This document shows, one piece after another, positions 9,982-18,616 of a stretch of DNA of 64,000 nucleotides. The notes under the pieces were generated by a model. The model made no database searches, had not been told where the DNA came from, and worked only from the letters and a program-made list of their open reading frames with translations. The stretch spans positions 22,564 through 86,563 of the forward strand of contig CAVWLW010000032.1 of NCBI GenBank assembly GCA_963755715.1, in the 5' to 3' direction. This DNA is from an uncultured delta proteobacterium (GTDB taxonomy: Bacteria; Desulfobacterota; Binatia; UBA9968). Numbering within the stretch: the stretch's first letter is position 1; every line of letters starts with the position of its first letter. A program made the translations under genes and the position numbers.

Positions 9982-11262
9982 ATGAAGTCGGACAACGATC
10001 GTTCGCCGCGCCGCCGGGTGGTCATCACCGGGCTCGGAGCTGTGGCGCCGAACGGCATCGGCATCGACGCTTATCGGATCGCGCTGCGTGACGGTGTCAG
10101 CGGCGTGGGCGCGATCACGCTCTTCGATGCGGAGGATCTCGAGTGCCGCGTTGCCGCCGAAGTGAAAAATCTTCCGACGGAGATTTCCCTGACCCAACAA
10201 GAGGCGCGGCGGGTCGGCCGAGCGGTGCCGTTGTTGCGTGTCGCCACCGAAGAAGCTTTGCGCGGGGCGGGCGTCTGTTGGCCGCGCCTCAGTCTCGAAG
10301 AAAAACAGTCCTGGGGCGTGGTCATCGGCAGCGGCGGCGGCACGCCGGATTTCACCGAAGAGCAATATCGGCGCTATTTTTCCGATCAACTACGCCGGGT
10401 GAGCGCCTACAATATTTCCAGCTCGACGCCCGGTGGCTTGTCGAGCGAAGTCTCACTCCACTTCGATTTTCACGGACCGAGCCATCTGATTTCGACGGGC
10501 TGCACCAGCTCCACCGATGCGCTCGGCTACGCGTTCAATATGATTCGCTTTGGTCTGGCCGATCACTTGGTGAGCGGCGGCGCGGATGCGACGATCACGC
10601 CCGGCATCATGCGCGGGTTCTGTGTCATGCGCGTGGTCTCAGCTTCGCGCAACCTTGAGCCGGAGCGCGCATCGCGGCCCTTTGACCAGACGCGCGATGG
10701 TTTTGTGCTCGGTGAAGGCGCGTGGGTGCTCATCCTGGAAGAACGCGAACGAGCGCTGACGCGCGGCGCCAAGATCCATGGAGAAATCTTGGGCTACGGA
10801 TCTACCTGCGACGCCTATCATCGGGTCCGGCTCAACCCGAACGGCGCGGAGCCGGCGCGGGCGATGCAGTTGGCGATCGAAGACGCGCAACTGGCCAAGG
10901 ATGAAATCGGCTATATCGCGCTGCACGGCACCTCCACGTCGCTCAACGATCGAACCGAGACTCTGGCGACCAAGCTTTGCTTCGGCGCGCGCGCCTATGA
11001 CATGCCGATGAGCTCGATCAAGTCGATGATCGGCCATCCTCAAGGCGCCTCGGGCGCGGCGGGTATCGTCGCCGCTCTGCTGGGCATGACCTTTGATTTT
11101 TTGCCGCCGACGATCAATTACGAGAAAGCCGATCCGGAGTGCGATTTAAATTATATTCCCAATCACAGCATCGCGCGGCGCACCGACGTCGCGCTTTGCA
11201 ACTGCATCGGTTTCGGCTCGAAGAACTCGGCGCTGGTGGTAGCACGGGGTGAAAATGTATGA
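9982..11262 (+). CDS. Beta-ketoacyl synthase (FabF/KAS II-like)
   Basis: 426 aa. VVITGLGAVAPNG N-terminus, an active-site Cys region (…STGCTSSTDA…) and a C-terminal GHPQGASGAAG…N(C)IGFGSKNSALVV. Confidence 0.85.
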   Translation: MKSDNDRSPRRRVVITGLGAVAPNGIGIDAYRIALRDGVSGVGAITLFDAEDLECRVAAEVKNLPTEISLTQQEARRVGRAVPLLRVATEEALRGAGVCWPRLSLEEKQSWGVVIGSGGGTPDFTEEQYRRYFSDQLRRVSAYNISSSTPGGLSSEVSLHFDFHGPSHLISTGCTSSTDALGYAFNMIRFGLADHLVSGGADATITPGIMRGFCVMRVVSASRNLEPERASRPFDQTRDGFVLGEGAWVLILEERERALTRGAKIHGEILGYGSTCDAYHRVRLNPNGAEPARAMQLAIEDAQLAKDEIGYIALHGTSTSLNDRTETLATKLCFGARAYDMPMSSIKSMIGHPQGASGAAGIVAALLGMTFDFLPPTINYEKADPECDLNYIPNHSIARRTDVALCNCIGFGSKNSALVVARGENV

Positions 11263-11957
11263 AGCGCAGTTATGAGCAAGAGATGATGGATTCGCCGAAT
11301 CATCCGCAAGACCTTTTAGAAGAAGACCTGAAAAATTTGCGGCTCTTTAATCGTTTCCTCGGCGGCTACCGTTGCGTCGAATCGGCGATCGCCGAGGTCG
11401 TCTGCCAGCAAAGGCTCAAAAGTTTTTCGCTTCTTGACGTAGGCACCGGCAGCGCCGATATTCCCGGACGCATTGTTCGCTGGTGTCAGCGGCGGTCCAT
11501 CGACATCAGCGTCGTCGCTCTGGATCAGGACCCGGTTACCGCGCGATTGGCCGCGTGCCGAACCCGCTTGACGCCTGAAATCACGGTGCTGCGCGGCGAT
11601 GCCGCGAATCTGCCGTTTGCGCCGCGTTCTTTCGATTTCGTCTTGGCCTCGCAATTTTTGCATCATTTTTCCGAGGAGAAGGTCGTCGCCATGCTTGAGA
11701 ACTGGTCGCACTTGGCGCGCCGCGCGGTCATTGTCAGCGACTTGGTGCGTCATCCGCTGGCGTATTACGGCGTTCAAGTTCTTACCCGGCTGTGCACCGC
11801 GAACATCATGACCCGCACCGATGCGCCCCTCTCGGTCAAGCGCGCATTTACCCGGACCGAATGGCGCGAGCTTTTTCGCCGCGTGGCGGACGATCATTTT
11901 CGGCTGATCTCGGTGTTCCCGTTTCGCATCACGGCGCGATTGGAGTTTTCGCACTGA
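11259..11957 (+). CDS. Class I SAM-dependent methyltransferase
   Basis: LLDVGTGSADIPGRI motif I. Overlaps its neighbours (ATGA/ATGA), which is consistent with an operon. Confidence 0.7.
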   Translation: MKRSYEQEMMDSPNHPQDLLEEDLKNLRLFNRFLGGYRCVESAIAEVVCQQRLKSFSLLDVGTGSADIPGRIVRWCQRRSIDISVVALDQDPVTARLAACRTRLTPEITVLRGDAANLPFAPRSFDFVLASQFLHHFSEEKVVAMLENWSHLARRAVIVSDLVRHPLAYYGVQVLTRLCTANIMTRTDAPLSVKRAFTRTEWRELFRRVADDHFRLISVFPFRITARLEFSH

Positions 11958-13057
11958 TGCCGAGCATCTTTGACGTCGCCATCATCGGCGCCGGTCCGGC
12001 GGGCTCGGCCACCGCCATTGCGTTGGCGCGCAGCGGTTACGCCGTTGTTTTGATCGATAAGCAAATATTCCCCCGAGAAAAGCTCTGCGGTGATTTCGTC
12101 AACCCGATCAATTGGCCGATCTTTCGCGATCTGGGCGTGGAAGAGCGCCTGCTGGCGCAACCGCACACCCGCGTGACGGGTTTTCGCATTACCTCGTATT
12201 GCGGCGCGAGCGCGGCAGCAACATTTTCCCAGGTGGACCAAAACCGATCTTTCGGTCTCGGACTCAGACGCGCGCAACTGGACCACGTGCTGCTGCAACG
12301 GGCCGAGGAAGCCGGAGTCACGATCCGCACCGGGCAGCGAGTCCAGCAGATTTCAAAACATTCGAAGGAATGGCAGTTGGACATGGGCGCGGGAGAAAGC
12401 TGGCGCGCTAAAATTCTCGTCGGCGCCGATGGACGCAACTCCTGGGTTGCCCAACAGCTCGGCATGAACACGCGCGCCGCGATGCGCGGCCGGTCCGTCG
12501 GTTTCCAAACGCGCATCCATGGCTCGGGCGGCAGCGACGGGCAAATCGAGATCCACCTCTTCCCGGGAGGCTATGCGGGTCTGGTCGGCGTCGGCGATGG
12601 CACGGCCAGTCTGGGACTTGCCATCGATAAACGCATTCTCCCGCGTGTTGGCGTAGATGAATTTTTGCGGACCGAGCGTCTAGCGAAAAATCCGTATCTC
12701 AAATCGGTTTTAGCGCCGCGCGAGAAAGTCCATGGGTTTCGCGCCGCCTATCCCGTCTACTTTCCCAAGCGACGTTCTTTTGCCGACGCCGTTGTTCTTG
12801 TCGGCGATGCGGCGCGAGTCACCGAGCCGATAACGGGCGAGGGAATTTATTTCGCGATGCGGAGCGGCATGCTCGCCGCGGAAACGCTCGATCGGGCGCT
12901 GCGCCAAGGCGATCTGTCCGCTAATTATCTTCGGGCCTACGAGCAAACCTGTGCACGGGCATTGCGACCGCGCGTGCTGTTAAATTCGCTCCTGCGCTTC
13001 GCTATCTACCGGCCGGCGCTGGTCCATCCGCTGATTCGTTGGTCCGCGCAGGAATGA
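11957..13057 (+). CDS. FAD-dependent oxidoreductase, geranylgeranyl-reductase family
   Basis: MPSIFDVAIIGAGPAGSATAIALARSGYAVVLIDK dinucleotide-binding motif with …KLCGDFVNP… The start at 11957 overlaps the MTase stop. Confidence 0.75.
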   Translation: MPSIFDVAIIGAGPAGSATAIALARSGYAVVLIDKQIFPREKLCGDFVNPINWPIFRDLGVEERLLAQPHTRVTGFRITSYCGASAAATFSQVDQNRSFGLGLRRAQLDHVLLQRAEEAGVTIRTGQRVQQISKHSKEWQLDMGAGESWRAKILVGADGRNSWVAQQLGMNTRAAMRGRSVGFQTRIHGSGGSDGQIEIHLFPGGYAGLVGVGDGTASLGLAIDKRILPRVGVDEFLRTERLAKNPYLKSVLAPREKVHGFRAAYPVYFPKRRSFADAVVLVGDAARVTEPITGEGIYFAMRSGMLAAETLDRALRQGDLSANYLRAYEQTCARALRPRVLLNSLLRFAIYRPALVHPLIRWSAQE

Positions 13058-13194
13058 TCGTCTATTGACCACTCTCGTCGATGCCGTCTGTGTCCCCGCA
13101 ACAGCGCGCTGATCCGGTCGCACCGACGCCCGCCGCAAGTTGTTATTCTCCGAGAACTAAATACAATGGCGCGGTGCTCATCTCGATCGGTAGC

Positions 13195-13290
13195 GTCCGT
13201 CATGCCGGTGAAAACCGGCATCCAGGAATTATTGTAGGGGCGTATGGCATACGCCCTTCCTGGATTCCGGCCTGCGCCGGAATGACGACC
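13195..13290. repeat. Structured palindromic intergenic element (nested hairpins), member of a small repeat family
   Basis: cGTCATgCCGGtgaaaaCCGGCATCCAGG…GGGCGTATGgCATACGCCC…CCTGGATtCCGGCctgcGCCGGaATGAC. An outer stem encloses three hairpins. Related copies occur at about 22975-23060 and 51340-51450. Confidence 0.4.
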
Positions 13291-13367
13291 ATAGAAGTCG
13301 ATTCATAGTTGACAGGACGATAACCCTCGCCTTTTCAAACGGGGTGTGCGCGAGAGGTAATTTCAGA

Positions 13368-15039
13368 ATGACTGCGGAATTTACTCCCGAAGAACAAGCG
13401 CGCCTTGCGCCGTTTTTTACCAATCTCGATCGTTCGACGTTCGGCTTGAAATTGCCCCAGGAGGTCGCCGGCGCCTTGTTCTCGCGCTACAGCCGCTCGA
13501 CGAAAAGTCTGCGGCGAACTTTCCTCGATGAATTTCTCGGCGATCCGACGCTTGGATTAAGCGATCTCCTTTCCGGACAAGCCGAGCCCGCAGCCGACAG
13601 CACGGCATTGAAAAAAGCGCGAGCGTTTTACGAGCGCGTGTTGGTCGGTTACGGCGACGATTCGGTCGCGCAGTTGGGCGGCGCTCATCTGGCCTGCGAA
13701 AATATTTCCAACGTCGCCGCCAAACTGCTCGAAGACGCGCGCATCGGCATCGCGCCGCTGGAAAAATCGACGCGCTATGTGCGCTTCGATCAGAAGGACG
13801 CGGCCGGGAATTATCTCTTCTACCGCGAGCCCAAGATCATGGCGTCGCGCCACCGCGACGCTTATCTCGAAGTCATGAATCTGCTCTTCGACACTTACTC
13901 GCGGCAGATGGAGCCGATGCTGGCGTCGATTGCCAAGGCGCTGCCCATCGAGCAAGTGGAGGTGCGCGATCCGAGCAGCGGTAAATCCCTGAGTTACAGC
14001 GAAGCGCAGAAAGATGATCGACTGCGGCGCTGGGCGGAGACCGCCTATCGCGCCACCGTGCGCGCCCATGCGTGCGACGTGCTGCGCAGTTATCTGCCGG
14101 CTGCGACCTTGACCAACGTCGGCATGTTCGGCGTCGGCCAGGCGTTCGAATATCTAATCAGCAAATTCTACTCGCATGAGCTGAGCGAAGCGCAGGAACT
14201 TGGCCGCGCGATGCACGGCGAGCTGAATCAGCTCATTCCGTCGTTCGTCAAGCGCGCGCAGTTGAATGAGTATCTCGTTGGCACGACGGCGGCGGCAAAG
14301 GTGCTGGCGGCAAAGGCCGTTAATGTTTCACCGTGCGACGCCAAAGAACCGGTGACGCTGATCGACTACGACGCCCAAGCCGAAGAGAAAACCATCGCGG
14401 CGATTCTGTACTCGCACGCGCGTCAGCCGTTGATGCAGCTGCGCGAGATCGCCGCCAAGATGAGCGATGAAGATCGTCGCAAGATTCTCAAAGAGTTTTT
14501 TAGCAAACGCCGCCACCGCCGCGACAAACTCAGCCGCGCTTTCGAGAACGTTTATTACACCTTCGATATCCTCGGCAATCTCGGCCTCTATCGCGATCTG
14601 CACCGCCATAGAATTCTTACCCAGGAGCGCCAGGACTTCACCACCGTGCACGGCTACGACACGCCGCCGGAGATCGAAGAGGCGGGTTTCAAGAGCGAGT
14701 TCGACGATTGCATGAAGCGCGCGGCGGATTTGTACGAGCGGATTTACGCCGATCTGCCGAGCGAAGCGCAGTACGTCGTGCCGTTCGCCTACAAGATCCG
14801 CTGGTACATGAAGATGAATCTGCGCGAAGCGCTGCACATGTGCGAGCTGCGCACGATGCCGCAAGGTCATCCCGGACTATCGTTTCATCTGCCAGGAGAT
14901 GTGGCGCAGGATTCAGGAAGTTCATCCAGCGTTGGCGGAGTGCGGCAAGTTTATCGATTGGAAAAAATATCGGTTGGGACGGTTGCAATCAGAAATGCGG
15001 ACGGAGTTTAAGAAATCGGCGTTGAAAAAGGGAGAATAG
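13368..15039 (+). CDS. thyX: Long-form flavin-dependent thymidylate synthase (ThyX-like, tandem ThyX-type domains), C-terminal frameshift at about 14877
   Basis: The C-terminal domain carries ThyX-like motifs (…LYRDLHRHRILTQERQDF… and …YKIRWYMKMNLREALHMCELRTMPQGHP-DYRFICQEMW…). The N-terminal half is a degenerate second copy (…STRYVRF…). The annotated frame drifts after GHP. The family-consistent continuation (DYRFICQEMWRRIQEVHPALAECGKFIDWKKYRLGRLQSEMRTEFKK…*) runs in another frame to 15039. Confidence 0.6.
14871..15010 (+). repeat. thyX 3'-end direct repeat, copy 1 (native gene end)
   Basis: About 140 bp, near-identical to 16361-16500 apart from a 1-nt indel and a few substitutions. Confidence 0.8.
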
Positions 15040-15261
15040 ACCAACCGGTGAAGTTGCAAGACAGTAAATGCCAATGCAACGTGCCCATTCTGTTTTGCGC
15101 CCCTGAAGGCTGATGGTTTCTGGGCCTGAGTGGGCAATTTCGCAGGCAGCGTCTGCGAAATCCAATTTACGTTGCGGTCAATACGAGTGTTTGTTCCAAG
15201 CCTGCGTTACCATAATAGGATTCTATGTTTTCACAAAAATATCTGCTTAGAAACTTTATTG

Positions 15262-15292
15262 TTGCGCATTTGCGCAATTGAGCAAACATGCG
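15262..15292. promoter_or_regulatory. Palindromic operator-like site upstream of the ArsR gene
   Basis: gTTGCGCAtTTGCGCAAttgagcaaacatgcg contains the perfect palindrome TTGCGCAA. The 23-nt core ttgcgcaattgagcaaacatgcg is repeated exactly at 15616-15638. Confidence 0.5.
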
Positions 15293-15604
15293 GTAAAGGG
15301 CGGCATGGACGAAAAGGTCTATTGCCAGTCGCGTCTTTGCCGCCTCATGGGTAACCCGATCGCTTTCGCCGTCGTCGATGCGCTCAGTCAGAATAAAGAA
15401 CTAACCCCGAGCGAGATCGCGCACGCCGTTGGCCGCAGCGTGTCGCGAGTGAGCCACGTCTTGGCGTCGTTACGGTTGGCAGAGGTCGTCCGTTATGACA
15501 CCGACGGGCGACAGGCGCGCTACCGCTTGAAACATCCTCGGGAAACTCGGGACCTTCTGAAGGCCCTCGCATCATTCATCGACTTGTCCTCGGCGTTTCA
15601 GTGA
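15278..15604 (+). CDS. ArsR/SmtB-family transcriptional regulator
   Basis: …MGNPIAFAVVDALSQNKELTPSEIAHAVGRSVSRVSHVLASLRLAEVVRYDTDGRQARYRLKH… is a winged HTH. The likely start is the ATG at 15347. Confidence 0.8.
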   Translation: MSKHAVKGGMDEKVYCQSRLCRLMGNPIAFAVVDALSQNKELTPSEIAHAVGRSVSRVSHVLASLRLAEVVRYDTDGRQARYRLKHPRETRDLLKALASFIDLSSAFQ

Positions 15605-15609
15605 CATTT

Positions 15610-15640
15610 GCGGACTTGCGCAATTGAGCAAACATGCGTG
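15610..15640. promoter_or_regulatory. Second copy of the ArsR operator-like palindrome, just downstream of the regulator gene
   Basis: cggacTTGCGCAAttgagcaaacatgcgtg, an exact 23-nt repeat of the upstream site. Confidence 0.45.
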
Positions 15641-16000
15641 TTCCCGGTGGGAGGAGCAGCAAGAGAATCTCCACGCACGAACGAACTGCAAACTGTAGAA
15701 ATCAAAACTCAGTGTGTTCTTGAACGTAAGTCCGGTGACTATGATGCCTTAGCCGAGCCGGTGGCGTCTACGTCGGTATCTCGCCCATAGCCCGGCGACC
15801 GGGTTTTCACGCTACCCGAGGTCGTTCAAGGAACAACCGTGAGCACCGCGCAACCGTCAACCGCAAAGTCCTGGAATGCAGAATCGTGCATTGGCCAACA
15901 GCAGCACCGCGATTGTCTTTGATCCACGTCCCAGAGGCGGCCATAGAGCCACTCTCGTTTTGGCTTGGCGGACGGTCCGGCGAATGGTAATTTCTATGCG

Positions 16001-16321
16001 ATGAAAACGAGTATTGATCACGCCGGCAGATTGTTGATACCTAAGGAAATTCGTCGGAAGTCCGGCATCAAGCCAGGAATGCCGCTTGAGGTGCGTTGGG
16101 AAAAAGGTGCCATCGCCATTACTCCGGCTCCATTACCAGTGAAGCTGCGAAGGCGAGACCGACTGCTGGTAGCGATTCGGCGCAAGAATGGCCCATCTCT
16201 TTCCACCAAGACCGTCAACTTAACCCGCAAGGCACAGCGCAAAGATTTTTGGCGACTTGTCGACCGTGCCCACAAAAGAGGGGGAAAAGAAAGGGTTTAC
16301 CAAGCTCGACGATCTACCTGA
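16001..16321 (+). CDS. AbrB/MazE/SpoVT-family DNA-binding protein (antitoxin-like, no cognate toxin seen)
   Basis: MKTSIDHAGRLLIPKEIRRKSGIKPGMPLEVRWEKGAIAI is a swapped-hairpin barrel motif. Confidence 0.6.
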   Translation: MKTSIDHAGRLLIPKEIRRKSGIKPGMPLEVRWEKGAIAITPAPLPVKLRRRDRLLVAIRRKNGPSLSTKTVNLTRKAQRKDFWRLVDRAHKRGGKERVYQARRST

Positions 16322-16360
16322 GTAAGAATCGCAGCCCAAAAGACGCCGCCGTCGGTCACC

Positions 16361-16500
16361 CCGACTATCGTTTCATCTGCCAGGAGATGTGGCGCAGGAT
16401 GCAGGAAGTCCATCCAGCGTTGGCGGAGTGCGGCAAGTTTATCGATTGGAAAAAATATCGGTTGGGGCGATTACAGTCAGAAATGCGGACGGAGTTTAAG
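16361..16500 (+). repeat. thyX 3'-end direct repeat, copy 2
   Basis: Near-identical to 14871-15010. Encodes …HPDYRFICQEMWRRMQEVHPALAECGKFIDWKKYRLGRLQSEMRTEFK in frame. Confidence 0.8.
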
Positions 16501-16657
16501 AGGTCAACAATTGAGAATAAAGCATAGTTGAGCGGTAGTTATGAAGGTTGCAATATTCTCGTTGCTCGGTGAGTTGTGGACCCGGTAGGGGGATTGGATT
16601 GTTTATTTGTCCAGGCCTGACCTTGGCGACCTGACCGAAGGGGAAAATCATGACAAA

Positions 16658-17401
16658 TCAGCTCTTGATCTTGCCCAGAATGTGAAGGATCTGAAGTCTG
16701 AGTGGTTTGGGAAAGGTAAGCTGACCGGCCTGGAACCTGCCAAAGCAGAAGTTAAAAATTGATAGGAAATCGTGACGCAAGGTTTGTGAAGTGTGGTGTT
16801 GATGGAGGGCGCGCAGCGCCGGGCCATGGCAATTCCGGACTTTGACTGCGCTCCCACACGGACAGGTGTGATGGCCACGATAACCCCACTCGAAAAGGAA
16901 AATTATGACGGCCAGCGCCACCAATTCATCGGCCAGGTGCAGCGTGTCAATGTAGTGTTGGACGATTCCCTCCTGCCCGTGCGCCTGTTCAGCGAAAGGA
17001 TGCTGACCATGCTGTTTCCAATAGCAGTAACCGTACAAATAGGGAATGACCAGCCGGTTTACAAAACCGAGCAGTGAAGGTTGTTCGAAGAAAATCCGTC
17101 GTTCCTCCACTGGGACGGCCAGACAAAGCGACCCGTCACTATAAATGTGTGGATAACTGCGCTCGATTCTGCCCGCGGTCTCTCTTACCCGCGGCAACAT
17201 GTCTGGAAAGACAGGGGGGATGCGCAATTCGATCTCGAACTTATCCGTAACCGTTTCGAGTCCGTCGGCCGATGCTTCGAACGGCAGGCTTCCAGAGAGC
17301 AACGTTTCATGTTCCAGTTCGGTAAGGTTCGTGAGGCCCCGATAAATTTCCATTAGCTCGGCGAGCTGCCTCGTCATCTCCTCGGTCACCCGGCCCTCCA
17401 A
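16658..17401 (-). CDS. Stand-alone E2 (UBC-fold) ubiquitin-conjugating-like enzyme with a C-terminal SEC-C zinc finger (Cap2-short-like)
   Basis: UBC core …IELRIPPVFPDMLPRVRE…ERSYPHIYSDGSLCLAVPVEE is an HPN-like motif plus a catalytic Cys. The C-terminal HHTCPCGSAVKVRNCHGP matches the SecA-type SEC-C metal-binding motif. The start overlaps the upstream NTase by 16 nt. Confidence 0.65.
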   Translation of the reverse strand: MEGRVTEEMTRQLAELMEIYRGLTNLTELEHETLLSGSLPFEASADGLETVTDKFEIELRIPPVFPDMLPRVRETAGRIERSYPHIYSDGSLCLAVPVEERRIFFEQPSLLGFVNRLVIPYLYGYCYWKQHGQHPFAEQAHGQEGIVQHYIDTLHLADELVALAVIIFLFEWGYRGHHTCPCGSAVKVRNCHGPALRALHQHHTSQTLRHDFLSIFNFCFGRFQAGQLTFPKPLRLQILHILGKIKS

Positions 17402-18590
17402 GGCTTGGCGGCGCCTGTGATGTGGATGCGAGGGGGACTGTCGATCAGGGTTTCAGTCGGAACGACGATCTCAAAATTCTTCGAGACGACCGTCGCACCC
17501 AAAGCGCTGGATAAGTGTTTCTTCAGCTGGCTCGGATTGGCTTCTCTCAGGATCTCAATAACGTCTTTCTGCAAGGCCCCCAACCATAAGAAGAAGGCGC
17601 GAGCGCGGGCGTGGCTATCCTCGTGCCAGCGGTCGGCAAAATTTTCTGCGGGGTTAACAGGGTTTCCGATATACCATTTCCCGTCCGGTGTTCTCTTGAT
17701 CAGTCCCATCGACGAGAGAGAACGGTCAATTGCCTTACCCTCAATGAGGCCCGCGTGTGCACCAAGTTTTTCGACAATACCGCATAGCGCCGAGTAGACA
17801 TCCGTTTCATTCCCGTATAAATGCGCCGACAACGTCGTGATGATGATTGAAATCGGCGCGTATATACAAGGCGCTCTTGGTGATTGAAGCGCGAGTCCAG
17901 GTAGCGTTTCATGATCTGGATTGCGCGTTGCAGCGGTGTGCGTACCAATTGGTCGGGAACTTTGTCGATACTTTCGTAAATGTATGGGATTTGCCGCTGG
18001 ATGACCCGCTTGTTCGAACACGACCTGCTCAAATGCCGCGGCATTTTTCCAGTCGAACCAGCTTCCGTAGCCTCTGGGATTGCTTACAGACCAGATATAG
18101 GAGGAATCCTTCTTGTTCGTAATTGCGATCGATGTGTCCGCATTATCGCGGAGATCAGGAACTCCGGGCAGAATGTCCAGGTGAAAGCCGACACCGTCCT
18201 GCTCGGCGTATTCCAGCGTCCAGCACCGCCGGCCTTCTGCGTCAAGCGTTTTCAGCGTAAGTCCCGTGTTCGCGGAGCCTGTTGCCGACCATGGAGTTGA
18301 CCAACTGTGGATCGGTCCGCTCTTTTGCAGGGGTATTTCGCAGACGAGGTCGATGTCGTAGCTTGCCTCCAAGCCATCTCGGATGGCCTCACTACCGTTC
18401 CCAGCCGGAAAAGAACCCTGTCACGATAAGATGCTCAACTCACCGGAGCGGCCAGGATGTTCCCGTCCTCCAGCCATGCACCAACTGTGTTGTACCGGTC
18501 CACCGCGTCCTGATATTTGCCGGGCGGGATATCAATCTCGGCGGCGACCTGCTCAAGAAAACGCGAATACTTTCTTAAATCGATCGTCAT
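17386..18590 (-). pseudogene. CD-NTase/SMODS-like pol-beta nucleotidyltransferase (cGAS/DncV-like), disrupted in all three frames by stops at 18421-18437
   Basis: The N-terminal helical piece is MTIDLRKYSRFLEQVAAEIDIPPGKYQDAVDRYNTVGAWLEDGNILAAPVS*. The remainder begins with the NTase signature QGSFPAGNGSEAIRDGLEASYDIDLV (GS…DxD), then …GFHLDILPGVPD (third acidic strand) and a helical C-domain ending …AAKPWRAG*. Confidence 0.55.
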
Positions 18591-18616
18591 AATGTTAACC
18601 TCGCACTCTATTGATC

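Noticed and set aside
13195-13290. Cloverleaf-looking element considered as a tRNA
   Set aside because: The arm arrangement is wrong: one inner stem encloses a single hairpin, and there is no D/anticodon/T-arm geometry or conserved tRNA nucleotides. It has sequence relatives at two other intergenic sites, so it is treated as a repeat.
18421-18437. TGA codons interrupting the CD-NTase considered as possible selenocysteine codons
   Set aside because: Stops occur in all three frames within 17 nt and a frame change is also required. There is no redox motif or SECIS-like context, so this is disruption rather than recoding.
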